A DNA stretch of 64,000 bases from contig OY970067.1 in NCBI GenBank assembly GCA_963705305.1, positions 4,288,001 to 4,352,000 on the forward strand, in the 5' to 3' direction. A program made the translations under genes and the position numbers. Source of the stretch: an uncultured Methylomirabilota bacterium (lineage in GTDB: Bacteria > Methylomirabilota > Methylomirabilia > Methylomirabilales > 2-02-FULL-66-22). Below, piece by piece: positions 22,537-32,587 of the stretch. Every line of letters begins with the position of its first letter. Within the stretch, counting starts at the first letter, position 1. The notes beneath the pieces were generated by a model, which saw only the letters and a list, made by a program, of their open reading frames with translations, was not told where the DNA came from and did not search any database.

Positions 22537-24396
22537 ATGCCGAATCTCTTTGATTCGTGGGACCTGACGCCCACGCCCTTTCCGCCACGGAGTCGCCTGT
22601 ATTCGTTAGGGCCAATGGGTGTGGGGACTCCCATGGTTGAGAGCTTGACCGGTTACCTGATGCGCTTGGCCATGGCGCATTCTGTTGGGGTTGGGGACCT
22701 GCTGCGTGCAGAAGTGCAAGATTGGATGTCTCCAGGGAAGCCTATTGTGCCTACGGCCATATGGAACGGAGTCAACGGGGTGGTTCGCACAACCCGGGAT
22801 CTAGTGCAGACCCTTGAACGTTTGACGCACCGGACGGATCTGGTTTACCTCACATTGCTGCCCCTTGAGTCACTCCTCCCGACTACCCGACTTATACGGA
22901 AGAAGCGGGCGTGGTGCCCGTACTGTTATGAGGAGATGGCCGCCGCCAGCGCGATTGTATATGAGCCACTCCTATGGTGCCTGCAAGCGGTCGAGGTGTG
23001 CCATCGGCATAAGGTCTGGCTGTACACGACGTGCCCCCATTGTTCCCAAATGCTCCCACCGTTGGCGGCGATGGTGAAACCAGGCCATTGTTCGCGATGC
23101 GAGGCGTGGCTTGGGACACACACGTCCCCCCTCGAGGACCCGAGCCACCGGAGAGCCACGGTCGATCAGTGTTGGATGGCAGAGGCTGCAGGAGAGCTGG
23201 TGGCATGTTGCCCTCGGATTGATCCTGCCGTACTGAAAGCCAACCTCCGGACCGCCTTATCAGCGCGTGTGGACAAGCTGGCCGGCGGCAACCGGAATGT
23301 GCTCGCGCAGGCGTTTCAGGGCTCTCGAGTATCCTTCCATGGGTGGGTTGCCGGCACGCAGATGCCTCAGCTCGGCACCCTGCTCCGTCTATTGCGTTAC
23401 CTAGGATTGCCGGTACGTTGTCTGCTCGATCCGCAGCAATTCGTGGGTGAAGCGGGGAATAGGGGCGAGCAAGCGCTTCTGACCCATCGCGCAGTGGTTC
23501 CGCATCGGAGCCCCTCCCAGATCCGCGCTGTCCTGAAGGCTGTGCAGGGGGAGCATCCTGCTCCAAGCCTTTCAGAGGTGGCACAACGTCTCGAATACAC
23601 TTCACCGAGGCGCCTCCGTGCGGTCGATCGTGCAGGTTGTCAGAAGGTCGATGAGAGGCATCGTAACGGATCCAGCGCGGCCCGAGGTAATGATCTACGC
23701 CCCCCATCTGAGATCCAGCAGGCGCTTGAGGATTCTCTGGCGTGCCCGCAGCCAATATCGGTCAACCGAATGGCCTACCTGTTTGGATACTCGAATCCCG
23801 CCTCACTCCATTGTCGGTTTCCGGAGCTGTGCCAGGCGATTGTGGTGAAGCTCGCCACATGGAAGGAAGAAAGACGCAGGGCGATCAGGCGGAGGCTGAA
23901 GGCGGCGGCCAGGGAGAAGCCGCCGCCCACTTTGGAAACGCTCACGAAGGAGTTTGGCCTCCACTCACAAAAGCCGCTCCGAAGGCTCGAGCCGGCGTTA
24001 TGTGACCAAATCATCGCACAGCGCAGGGCGTGGATCAAACGGAAGCGAGCAGAGCTTGCACGACGATTGAAGGCGGTTCTGCGAGAGGAGCCGCCTCCTT
24101 CTGCGACGGCGGTCCGGCAACGCCTCGGCATTTCGCCACGAGCAGTCTGGTACCGCGAAACCTTCAAAGCCATCGCACGGAGATACGCGATCCACAGGAG
24201 GCAACTTAAACAGGCGCGAATGAACACATCTCGCAACGAAATGCGCGAGATCGTGAACCGACTGCACCGCCAAGGTGTCTACCCGTCAAGAGGTCGGGTG
24301 ATGAAGTTGCTGAGCCCACGATGTGTCAAAAGCAAGGCATGGATTCAGAATGCAATCAGGCAGGCTCGGAAGGACATAGAGAGGCGCCAGAAATGA
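22537..24396 (+). CDS. tnsD: TniQ/TnsD target selector, paralog 1
   Basis: ESLTGYLMRLAMAH; zinc motifs WCPYC, C.RH, CPHC and HCSRC; long C-terminal repeated HTH-like region. Confidence 0.85.
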   Translation: MPNLFDSWDLTPTPFPPRSRLYSLGPMGVGTPMVESLTGYLMRLAMAHSVGVGDLLRAEVQDWMSPGKPIVPTAIWNGVNGVVRTTRDLVQTLERLTHRTDLVYLTLLPLESLLPTTRLIRKKRAWCPYCYEEMAAASAIVYEPLLWCLQAVEVCHRHKVWLYTTCPHCSQMLPPLAAMVKPGHCSRCEAWLGTHTSPLEDPSHRRATVDQCWMAEAAGELVACCPRIDPAVLKANLRTALSARVDKLAGGNRNVLAQAFQGSRVSFHGWVAGTQMPQLGTLLRLLRYLGLPVRCLLDPQQFVGEAGNRGEQALLTHRAVVPHRSPSQIRAVLKAVQGEHPAPSLSEVAQRLEYTSPRRLRAVDRAGCQKVDERHRNGSSAARGNDLRPPSEIQQALEDSLACPQPISVNRMAYLFGYSNPASLHCRFPELCQAIVVKLATWKEERRRAIRRRLKAAAREKPPPTLETLTKEFGLHSQKPLRRLEPALCDQIIAQRRAWIKRKRAELARRLKAVLREEPPPSATAVRQRLGISPRAVWYRETFKAIARRYAIHRRQLKQARMNTSRNEMREIVNRLHRQGVYPSRGRVMKLLSPRCVKSKAWIQNAIRQARKDIERRQK

Positions 24397-24621
24397 AAGC
24401 CCTCGGAGAGGGGCGGCTCGAAGATCTCTTCATGGATGGGGTTGAGGTGCGGGGCGATGGCGGGCACGAGATTGCGCCAGCTCGTTTTCATTTGCCGGAC
24501 GCTGACTGTCTGGCCATCAGCTCGTATGGCAATCGACGGGAAACGGCAGTCGGTCCGTCCGGCAGGCACATGGACATTGTCTGTCGTGGCCGGGATGCAA
24601 TCAGGCAGGGAGGAGTGGAGG

Positions 24622-25545
24622 ATGCCGAATCTCTTTGATTCGTGGGACCTGACACCCACGCCTCTTCCGCCGCGGAGCCGCCTGTATTCGTTGACGCCAA
24701 TGGGCGTGGGGACTCCCATGGTTGAAAGCTTGACCGGTTACCTGATGCGCTTGGCCATGGCGCATTCTGTTGCGGTGGGCGACCTGCTCCGGACAGAAGT
24801 CAGAGGCTGGGGGTCAGCGAAGCGGCCTACGGGGATACGGAACGCTGTTAACGGGGTGGCTCGCCAAACCCGTAACCTGGTAGACACTGTTCAACACTTG
24901 ACATTCCGGACGGACGTAGCCTGCCTCTCCTTGTTACCCTTTGCGTCATTCCTCCCGAGTACGCGGCTTGTTCGGGGGAGCCGGGCTTGGTGCGGACATT
25001 GTTATGAGGCAATGGTCGCAGACTGCGGCGTCGTCTATGAGCCCCTGCTCTGGTGCCTGCAGGCGGTCGAGGTGTGCGCCCGGCACAAGGTCTGGCTCCG
25101 CACGATCTGTCCAAAGTGCGCTCGGGCGCTCCCGCCATTGGCGACGACTTCAAGCCCTGGCCATTGTTCGCGGTGTGGGGTTTGGCTTGGGGCAACCGCG
25201 TCTTCGCAGGTCGACCCAGGACAACGGGAGCCCACGGCCGATCTGTGTTGGACGGCAGAAGCCGCGGGGGAGTTGCTGGCATGGGGTCCTCGAGTTGACC
25301 CGGCCGGGCTGAGAGCCAATCTTCGAACGGTCCTGTCATCGTGCGTGGAAGAGTTGGCCGGCGGCAACCGTTTCGCGCTCAGTCGGGTACTCCAGTTTCC
25401 CCAGACAACCTTCCATAGTTGGGTTGCTGGCAGACAAATGCCTCAGCTTGGCAGTCTCCTGACGCTATTGCGCCAACTCGACCTGCCGGTCCGCTGCCTG
25501 GTAATGCCCCAGACGTTCCGTGGGTTGCGGGAAGATTCAGTGTGA
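24622..25545 (+). CDS. tnsD: TniQ/TnsD paralog 2, N-terminal TniQ part (frameshift near 25519)
   Basis: N-terminus nearly identical to paralog 1; ttc c gtg ggt here versus ttc gtg ggt in paralog 1 indicates one extra C. Confidence 0.8.
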   Translation: MPNLFDSWDLTPTPLPPRSRLYSLTPMGVGTPMVESLTGYLMRLAMAHSVAVGDLLRTEVRGWGSAKRPTGIRNAVNGVARQTRNLVDTVQHLTFRTDVACLSLLPFASFLPSTRLVRGSRAWCGHCYEAMVADCGVVYEPLLWCLQAVEVCARHKVWLRTICPKCARALPPLATTSSPGHCSRCGVWLGATASSQVDPGQREPTADLCWTAEAAGELLAWGPRVDPAGLRANLRTVLSSCVEELAGGNRFALSRVLQFPQTTFHSWVAGRQMPQLGSLLTLLRQLDLPVRCLVMPQTFRGLREDSV

Positions 25546-26482
25546 GCGAGCCTTGGCGAGCGAATTCGGAGTACATGCGTATCGGAGCCAAAGTCAACTC
25601 CGCGATGCGATGCAACCCTTTTTGCTAAAGAATCCAGCTCCAAGCCTTATGGAAGTCGCCCGGGATCTTGGTTACACCTCGCCGGACCGCCTCTATGAGG
25701 CTGATCGTGCGACTTGCGAAAAGATCGTCGCGAGGCGTCGGGAGGAATTTCGCGCTGCACGAGTCTATAGACTGTGTTCCTCGGCCGAGATCCAGCGGGC
25801 GCTCGAGGATTCTCTGGCGGAGGCCCGGCCGATACCGATCAGTCAGGTCGCACGCCTCCTTGGGTATTCATATTGTACCCCGCTCATCAGTCGGTTTCCG
25901 GAACTATGTCGAGCTATTGTGGCGAAGATTGCGGCGTGGAAAAAAGAATTATGCAGGGCGATCCGGAGGAGACTGAAGGCTGCCGCGAGAGAGAAGCCGC
26001 CGCCGCCCCTGAGGGCTCTTGCAAGGGAGTTTGAGCTGCCGACCGCTGATTTGCTCCGGGACCTCGAGCCGGAGCTGTGTCGCCAAATCGTTGCGCGGCG
26101 TTTTGCATGCATAAAGGAAGAGCGGGGAGTGCTTGCTTGCCAATTGGAGAAGGTTCTACTGGAGGATCCGCCTCCTTCCGCGAGCGCGATCCACAAACGG
26201 TTCGGCATTACGCGGTCAGTTGCCATGAAGTGGTATCACAAGACTTTTAGGGCAATTGCGCGCAGACACGCACTTTACAGGAGGCAAGTCAAACAAATGT
26301 GGTTAAACGCGTGCCGGAACGAAATCCGGGAAATCGTGAACCGACTGCACGGTGATGGCGTCTACCCGTCCGATGGACAGGTGCTGAAGTTGCTGAGCCC
26401 ACGGTTTACTAGAACAGACCGAGTGTGGGTCAATAATGAAATCAGCGAAGCTCGGAAGGGCATAGGGCGGCCGCATAAATGA
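25520..26482 (+). CDS. TnsD paralog 2, C-terminal DNA-binding part (separate frame)
   Basis: Collinear with the paralog 1 C-terminus (PAPSL.EVA, EIQ.ALEDSLA, AIRRRLKAAAREKPPP, EIVNRLH..GVYPS). Confidence 0.75.
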   Translation: MGCGKIQCERALASEFGVHAYRSQSQLRDAMQPFLLKNPAPSLMEVARDLGYTSPDRLYEADRATCEKIVARRREEFRAARVYRLCSSAEIQRALEDSLAEARPIPISQVARLLGYSYCTPLISRFPELCRAIVAKIAAWKKELCRAIRRRLKAAAREKPPPPLRALAREFELPTADLLRDLEPELCRQIVARRFACIKEERGVLACQLEKVLLEDPPPSASAIHKRFGITRSVAMKWYHKTFRAIARRHALYRRQVKQMWLNACRNEIREIVNRLHGDGVYPSDGQVLKLLSPRFTRTDRVWVNNEISEARKGIGRPHK

Positions 26483-27102
26483 GCAGTCTCGAAGTAGGGC
26501 TGATGTAGGATCTCTCAGCGGATGGCGAAAGTCACGAGCTCGCCCCAGTTCGTCTTCAGCTCGCGAACGCCGAGGGTCTGGGCTCCACCCCAATTGGCAA
26601 CGACGAGAAACCGCAGTCCTGCCCCGTCCCCGAGGCAGGACGTCATGACCTGTGGCCGAAATGGGGCGGTGCTAGCTCGCACGGAGGGACTGCCTCAGCA
26701 GAGTAACTAGGCCTCCGAGTAAGCAAGTTGTCTGGGCCGGTGCAATCGGGCCGTGCGGAAATGCGTCAGGGTTGGTCCACTTTCCTCTTTGTGGTCTCCA
26801 CAGATGCCGGGGGATCATCGAAATGTCGCCGAGTCAAGGGCTCGGTCTGTAAATTGGATGAGTTCATCCTTCGCACAGTAGCGGAAAGCCTCCCCGCCGA
26901 CTTATTCTGCAGGCCGTCTTGGTGGATCCTATACGCGGGTAGGTTACCACAACCAAGAATCCTGTCGCCGCTGGATGGCTATGACATCTTGGAACCTGCG
27001 GAAACGTACGAGATCCAAGTGGCACCGGACCGATCCCGATATTCCAGGTTGGTTGGATTGGCCATTTGGCCACTTTATGCCAGAAGTCGCAGTCGCACAC
27101 AC

Positions 27103-27174
27103 CGCCTGTCTGGACCGCTCATCTGGAAGGGCCCACGCCAATGCGACTGAACAGTCCAGCACGCATTCGCTCAT
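27103..27174 (-). pseudogene. vapC: vapC 5' part (MSECVLDCSVALAWALPDERSRQA)
   Basis: PIN N-terminal VLD.S..LAW..PDE; overlaps the antitoxin stop; joins 15054 in frame (QA|DRLL). Confidence 0.85.
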
Positions 27175-27425
27175 CGGCGTCGGCCCTGCGCGATTAGCTC
27201 TCGGACATTCACCTTTCCGGGGATCCGTTGTCGAATCTCCCGGAAAGCCTGCAGAGCCTCCCTGGGCGTGAGGCATCGCTCTCCCGCCCCGACGGGTGTC
27301 AAGCGGGCCACGGCCTTGCCTCGACGCTTTATCACAAAGGTGGCTCCTTGCTCGGTCGCGCGCAGCAGCTCCGACAGGCGCGTTTTCGCCTCGAAGGCGC
27401 CGACAGTGATCGTCTTACCCCTCAT
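27171..27425 (-). CDS. Phd/YefM antitoxin
   Basis: TVGAFEAKTRLSELL....GATFVIKRRGKAVARL. Confidence 0.9.
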   Translation of the reverse strand: MRGKTITVGAFEAKTRLSELLRATEQGATFVIKRRGKAVARLTPVGAGERCLTPREALQAFREIRQRIPGKVNVRELIAQGRRR

Positions 27426-27667
27426 CGGTCTCCTCCACTGGCAGTTGACTGAAACTAGTTTAACAAACCGGTCTGTTCTCGTCAACGGCCCGATTCCAGT
27501 ATGCAGCAGACAGGGGTTAAAAGTCAGTGGTCGGTGGTCGGCGGTCACGTGAGATATGAGTTCTTCAATTTCGAACTTCGAATTTCGCGTTTCGAATTTC
27601 CCGTTTGCCTCTTTCCTCCTGGTCATGATAACTTTCCGACGTTAGACGATCCAATCCGCGACCGGCC

Positions 27668-28159
27668 ATGATCGACCTCTATACTGAATTCAAGACGGCA
27701 CTGCAGGCCCTCGAAGCGGCTGAGGTTCCCTACGCCGTGTGCGGTGGCCTTGCCTTGATGGTGTACCAGCTACCCAGGGCAACCGTTGACATCGATCTGG
27801 TCCTACCGGCCGACGCGACTGATGCTTGCGCTGCGGTGCTGGTGCCGCTCGGCTATCGGCCCCATCCTCGGCGGATGCGCTTCGCATCCAGCGGCGTCCA
27901 GATCCTTCGGTTCTACAAAGTGGAACCGGGGGGGCCGGACGCGCTGACCCTGGACTGCCTCTTGACCACTCACCCGACGATCCTCGAGACGTGGCGCAGC
28001 CGCGTTCGCGTTCCCTTCGAGGACCGGACGATCTGGGTCGTCTCTCTCGAAGGGCTGATCGCATTGAAGCAGCTGAGGGGATCGCCCCTGGACTTGCTCG
28101 ACATCCAGGCCCTGCGAGAGTCCGGCCCGAGAACACACCCGGGAGAAGACGATGCCTGA
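27668..28159 (+). CDS. Nucleotidyltransferase (AbiEii/DUF6036-like)
   Basis: YAVCGGLAL....RATVDIDL and C-terminal VVSLEGLIALK..RG..LD..DI..L. Confidence 0.8.
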   Translation: MIDLYTEFKTALQALEAAEVPYAVCGGLALMVYQLPRATVDIDLVLPADATDACAAVLVPLGYRPHPRRMRFASSGVQILRFYKVEPGGPDALTLDCLLTTHPTILETWRSRVRVPFEDRTIWVVSLEGLIALKQLRGSPLDLLDIQALRESGPRTHPGEDDA

Positions 28160-28487
28160 GGCGGATCAGCGACTGCGCCAAGTCGCCCAGCTACGAAGAA
28201 TCTGGCGGGCCCTTCGGGATGCGCAGGAACGACGAGAGGACGAGGAGATTGCGCGCCCCTACTACGAGAAGTTGCCGGGACCCTCTGATGTCCGGGAACC
28301 GCACCCCGCCTATAGCCGCCGTACGATTCGCGCCTTGGTCCGTCGCTGGTGGTGCGCCGGCGACTATGCAGCCATCATCCAACTCGGCCAGGGCCTCGAC
28401 CCCGTCCTCCTGGACGAAGAGCCGCTGGTCCGGGTATATCTCGACGAAGCAACGGCGGCTCTTTCCCTCGACCATCTCCATCCTTAG
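28152..28487 (+). CDS. Hypothetical protein coupled to the nucleotidyltransferase
   Basis: 8-bp overlap with the upstream gene; 111 aa. Confidence 0.55.
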   Translation: MPEADQRLRQVAQLRRIWRALRDAQERREDEEIARPYYEKLPGPSDVREPHPAYSRRTIRALVRRWWCAGDYAAIIQLGQGLDPVLLDEEPLVRVYLDEATAALSLDHLHP

Positions 28488-29273
28488 TGCTTAGCGGCCT
28501 AAATTCCACGACGTATCCATTGACCGCTTAACCTCCCGGTCCCCTGGGCCGACCCGAGACGCCGCGCCACACCCATCCTCCGGATGGGTACCCGGCGAGC
28601 CGGTCCGGCGGGCACCCGTTGCGCTCTCCCCATGCAACGGGTCGGGCCACCGTTCTGTGGTGGCCGACCCCGGGTACCCGGCCGGGTAGGCTGGGTGCAG
28701 GGCGAGCCGGCATCGGGTACCCGCCCGCAGGGTGGGTGCAGGCGCCAAGCGTCCGAGGGGCGGCCCGGGGGACCGGGATACGTCGCCGCAATTACGGCCA
28801 GGAGTACTTAGGTCCTCTGCCGGAAAAACTAAACGGCACGTCGATCCCTCGGCCCGGCGCCGTTGTGCGGCGAACGACCTCAATCTCTCACGCCGAAATC
28901 GCCGTCGGATGAAACAGTGAACCGGGCTATCGGTGTCCGTTCTCTCTCCGGGACTCCGTTTCCCCGATACTCCGTTTCTCCGTCTCTCCGTTTCTCCGTC
29001 TCTCCGGTTCGCCCCCTCACCCTCTCTCCTTGTCGCCCGCTCTCCCCTTCGCCCCTTCGTTCCGCCCTGCGCCCTTTGGGTGCTTTGCGTGAGGCGCCTG
29101 TTCTTGCCTTCTCGTACGCTCGTACGGTCTTGCACTTTCGCCTCAGCACCCCTGCACTCGAGCGCAGCGGTGCTCCCCCTCCCTCCGGGGTGGAGCCCCT
29201 ACGGGGTGGAACCCGGGCCGTAGGCTTGACTCCTGCCCCCTTGCCCTCTGCCCTATGCGCCATGCTCTTTGCG

Positions 29274-30083
29274 CTACTCGAGTACCTTCTTCTTCCTTTC
29301 GTTCTGCACGCATTCGAGCTGCGAGACTTGGCTATACCCGTTGAACTTCAGCGAGGCCCGCACCCGCCGCAGCAACTCCGCCCGATCCACGCTCCCCTTC
29401 GCGTCCCGCAGGTGTTTGCAGAAGTAGTACGAGAAAGCCCCGTTGAAGCTGCGGTTGATGTACGCGTCCGCTGACGTTCGGTTGTCCCGGCAGCCGGCAA
29501 ACAGCACGTGATTCATCGGGTTGGTGCCTCGAAGCAGCTTCGTCACCTCCATGTCATCATCCGCCCGGCACGCAATGTCCACAGGCGGTGGGAGAAACCG
29601 GGGCTTGAACGAGAGCTCCTGCGGAAGCCCGGCGATGACCGTCAGCTCACGCGTGCCCGTCCCCGAATGGCAGGCGTCCAGCAAGATCTCCAGGTTCACC
29701 CCCTTGGGCAGCGACCCGAAGGCCTGGCGCAGCTCGTCATCCACGATGTAGGTCCCGTATCAGTCCATGTCGTGCGGGCACAGGATCTCGTCCATCTTGT
29801 CCTTCGGCTCGTCCCCGTCCTGGTCCACGATCTGCGAGCCATGGCCCGAGAAATGGAACAAGAGCCTGTCCCCTGCCTTGGCCTTGGCCGTCAGCCAGCC
29901 GATCTTGGCCATGATGTTCTTCTTGGTGGCCCGGCCGTCCGTGAGAACCTGGATTTCCGTGGCGATGAAGCCGAAGTACTTGAGCAAAATGTCCCGCACG
30001 TTCGTCACATCGTTGACGCACCCGTTGAGATCCGCCCCCTCCATCTTGTACTTGTTCACCCCGACCAGCACCGCCTTGTTCAT
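29274..30083 (-). pseudogene. Metacaspase / peptidase C14 with an in-frame TGA
   Basis: ALVGVNKY..LNGCVND, HFSGHGSQ and LDACHSG; TGA at 29760-29762 (CPHDMD*YGTYIVDD), same frame on both sides. Confidence 0.85.
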
Positions 30084-30661
30084 TCCCTCCTCCTTTCCTT
30101 TGCCCTTGCCCTTTCCTCTTGGCTCCATGCCCTATGGTCTTCGCCTCTGCGCTTTTCCCCGACTCTCCGTCTCCCCGGTTCCCCGTCACTCCGTTTCTCC
30201 GGCTCTCCGATTCGCCCCCTCGCCCCCTCTCCTTGTCTCTCCCTCGCTCGTGCTCCTCCCTCCGCACCGCAGGCTGACCCCTGACCCCTGACCTCTGACT
30301 ACTAATCTTTGCTCCATGCCCTTGGCCCCTTGCCCCATGCCTCTTGCCTCTTTATCTTTTCTTTACACTATCTGAAATACCACATTCCTCACGCCCCGTC
30401 CAGCCGCACGGGGAGCCGTTCCATTCCGGACCATGTGCACCATCACAGGATGAAATCAGCTCAACTGGGTCCGATGCCAGGACGGGGATAGCTTTGATCA
30501 GGTGAGGGGATAGGGAAGGAAACTAAGAGGGGTGGGTCGATCCGATCTCGGCAGGTGCCCTGACCGCGCATTCGGCGGGATGGCAAGGCGGTATCGGAAT
30601 CAGGAGGGGCCGCGCTTGGCGCTCTGCTCTATGCTCTTCGCCCTGTGCGCCTCAACGCGAG

Positions 30662-30884
30662 CCGATCAGGTCCAGGATCCTGCGGGTCACGGCCTCTTCG
30701 AGCAGCACTTCGTCCGTCAGCAGATCCACGAGGACCGGTACCTGCTCCACAATGGTCACTTTCCCGCGGACGGTGAGGGAGATCGTTCGAACATCGCACC
30801 GCAGCTCGCTCATCTCCGCGGCCTCCTTCCACGAAAATCTGCGCTCCAGCGTTCCGGGTGAAGATCTGGCCGGTAGGTTGTCAC
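30662..30884 (-). pseudogene. DUF4258-like toxin tail plus truncated YgiT-like partner
   Basis: VTTYRPD..ERWSADFR.RR* overlapping MSELRCD..TIVEQVPVLV..TDEVLL; a full-length partner copy is at 45434-45634. Confidence 0.55.
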
Positions 30885-31003
30885 CAACTTCACTCGCTCA
30901 CGAACAATCCCGAACGCCATATGCCATGGTCGCCCCCCGTTTCTCGCTTTCGCCGACTCTCCGGCTCTCCGCACCAAAACACGGAACCCAGCGCGCCGGT
31001 CCC

Positions 31004-31252
31004 CTATTCCTGTGTGTAGAATTCTCTTCGAAGATCATCCTGGGGAACGAAACGGCTCGCCTGCCGAATGATCGCCTAGAGGGTGCCCACATCCAATTCT
31101 CTGTGCTGCGGGAGAGTCAATGTCTGCACGCTCCCCGAAGGTGCCACTCGTCTCAGCTTTACGTGACTCCCTCGTTGAGCGTGGACCCGAAAGCCAAACC
31201 GGGCGAGAATGGTGATCACGTCGTCGCCGGACAGCCGTCTAAGCTTGGGCAC
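31004..31252 (-). pseudogene. hicA: HicA toxin with an internal TAG
   Basis: MPKLRRLSGDDVITILARFGF....RGSHVKL...LP.HRELDVGTL*AIIRQA; stop at 31076-31078. Confidence 0.85.
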
Positions 31253-31475
31253 CGGCCGGCTCCAGCTCCATGGTCACCAAGATCGTGGGGTGCGGGACGA
31301 GGCCGAAGTCAGCGGCGTTTTCCCCTTCGAGGTGGAGGGCGACGGCCTCCTGCAGGTTTGCAAGGGTTTCGTCTACCGTCCTTCCCTGGGTTACGACAGC
31401 CAGCTCCATGCATTCGGCGACATACCAGTCGTCGCCCCGGCGAAGCAAGGCCTTCACGGTGTGCTGCAGCGTCAT
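31239..31475 (-). CDS. hicB: HicB antitoxin (short form)
   Basis: YVAEC.EL.VVTQGRTVDETLANLQEAVALHLE. Confidence 0.9.
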   Translation of the reverse strand: MTLQHTVKALLRRGDDWYVAECMELAVVTQGRTVDETLANLQEAVALHLEGENAADFGLVPHPTILVTMELEPAGAQA

Positions 31476-31577
31476 AGCTTTCTCCGCTCTCCTCTCAAGT
31501 GCTCTTGCCGTGCCCCCGCTCGCGACCGACCAACGGAACTGTCATCGCTTCTTACGCGTGCCATCGGAGTCTTCAGC

Positions 31578-31605
31578 ATTATAAGCCATCCCGGCCCAGT
31601 CGCAA
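31578..31605 (-). promoter_or_regulatory. Sigma70-like promoter TTGCGA-N16-TATAAT for hicBA
   Basis: Read directly on the minus strand; related copies at 37066-37093 and 46399-46426. Confidence 0.6.
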
Positions 31606-31943
31606 GGTTCTTCCTCCAGCCGCTCCTCTTCCTCAGCACCCCTGCTCCCGAGCGCAGCGGTGCGCCCCCTCCCTCCGGGGTGGAGCCCCTACGGGGTGGA
31701 ACCCGGACCGCAGGCTGACCCCTGACCTCTGACCTCTGACTACTAGTTTTTGCGCCATGCCCCCTGCTCTCTGCCCTCTGCTCTTTGCCCCGTGCCCCGC
31801 GCCCTATGCGCTTCGCAATCTGGTCAAAAACGTCGAATGTCCCCTAAATTCACAGGTTGGGGACGGTCTTGAAGTCCACCTGGATGGAGCGTGGTCCCAG
31901 CATGGATGCCCTTGACCTGTGATAAGAGGGCTGGTACTGTCTT

Positions 31944-31959
31944 GACCGTCTAGACGGTC
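31944..31959. promoter_or_regulatory. Perfect palindrome GACCGTCTAGACGGTC, probable TA autoregulatory operator
   Basis: 16-bp palindrome just upstream of the antitoxin gene; duplicated at 46765-46780. Confidence 0.55.
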
Positions 31960-31992
31960 TAGGCAGCCTTAGTCGTCTTGGGGGGCGTTCAG

Positions 31993-32223
31993 ATGAAACC
32001 GGAAAGGAAGATGGTCTACATCTCTGAAGAGGCTCATGGACGGCTCAAGCTCTTGGCCGCCCGCCGCAATCGGCCAATGGGGGAGCTCGTCGACGAGCTG
32101 GTCGCGCAAGAGCTGGCCGACCTCGTCAACCCCTGGACCGGTCCCGAGGGCCTGATGCTCCAGCAGAGCATCTTGGCGCGGATCTGGGATGATCCCGCCT
32201 TGGATGTGTATGACCATGATTGA
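31993..32223 (+). CDS. RHH-type antitoxin
   Basis: KMVYISEEAHGRLKLLAA; C-terminal RIWDDPALDVYD typical of MazF partners. Confidence 0.75.
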   Translation: MKPERKMVYISEEAHGRLKLLAARRNRPMGELVDELVAQELADLVNPWTGPEGLMLQQSILARIWDDPALDVYDHD

Positions 32224-32587
32224 GCTCCGGCGGGGTGACGTCGTCCTCGTAAGCTTTCCATTCGTCATCCCCAACCATACCCAGCGGAAGCGACGGCCGG
32301 CCGTGGTCGTTCAGTCCGATCGGTACAACCGCCGGCGAGCGGCCGTTATCGTCGCCGCCATCACCAGTACCCAGGGCTACGCCCACCTTCCCTGCAAGCT
32401 CCTGGTGGCGAAAGACACGCCTGAGGGCCGCGAGGCCGGTCTCCGCCTGGATAGCGTGGTAGACTGCCAGACCCTGGCCACGATCCCCCGAGGGGAGATC
32501 GTCCGCCGTCTCGGCAGATTTCCCCAGGACGTGATGCGTCGTCTGGACCAAGCCCTCCAGGACGCGCTGGGCTTGCCAGTGGTCTGA
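32216..32587 (+). CDS. MazF/PemK toxin
   Basis: RRGDVVLVSFPF....KRRPAVVVQ...VIVAAITS...GLRLDSVV. Confidence 0.92.
   Translation: MIELRRGDVVLVSFPFVIPNHTQRKRRPAVVVQSDRYNRRRAAVIVAAITSTQGYAHLPCKLLVAKDTPEGREAGLRLDSVVDCQTLATIPRGEIVRRLGRFPQDVMRRLDQALQDALGLPVV

Larger units (their letters stand above)
15055..27099. mobile_element. Tn7-like transposon (~12 kb)
   Basis: tnsAB-tnsC-tnsD-tnsD core; 25-bp imperfect IR TGCGACTTC-N9-GTGGCCA at 15055-15079 and 27067-27091; repeated GGCATAAAGYGGCCA-like sites; the flanks are the two halves of vapC. Confidence 0.85.

Noticed and set aside
15055..27099. CRISPR-associated transposon (CAST)
   Set aside because: TnsAB fusions and dual TniQ/TnsD occur in I-B2 and I-D CASTs, but no cas5/6/7/8/10/12 gene or repeat-spacer unit is seen between the ends.
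29760..29762. Selenocysteine in the metacaspase
   Set aside because: The TGA is not at the catalytic Cys, no SECIS was recognised, and TGA is a normal stop elsewhere in the window.
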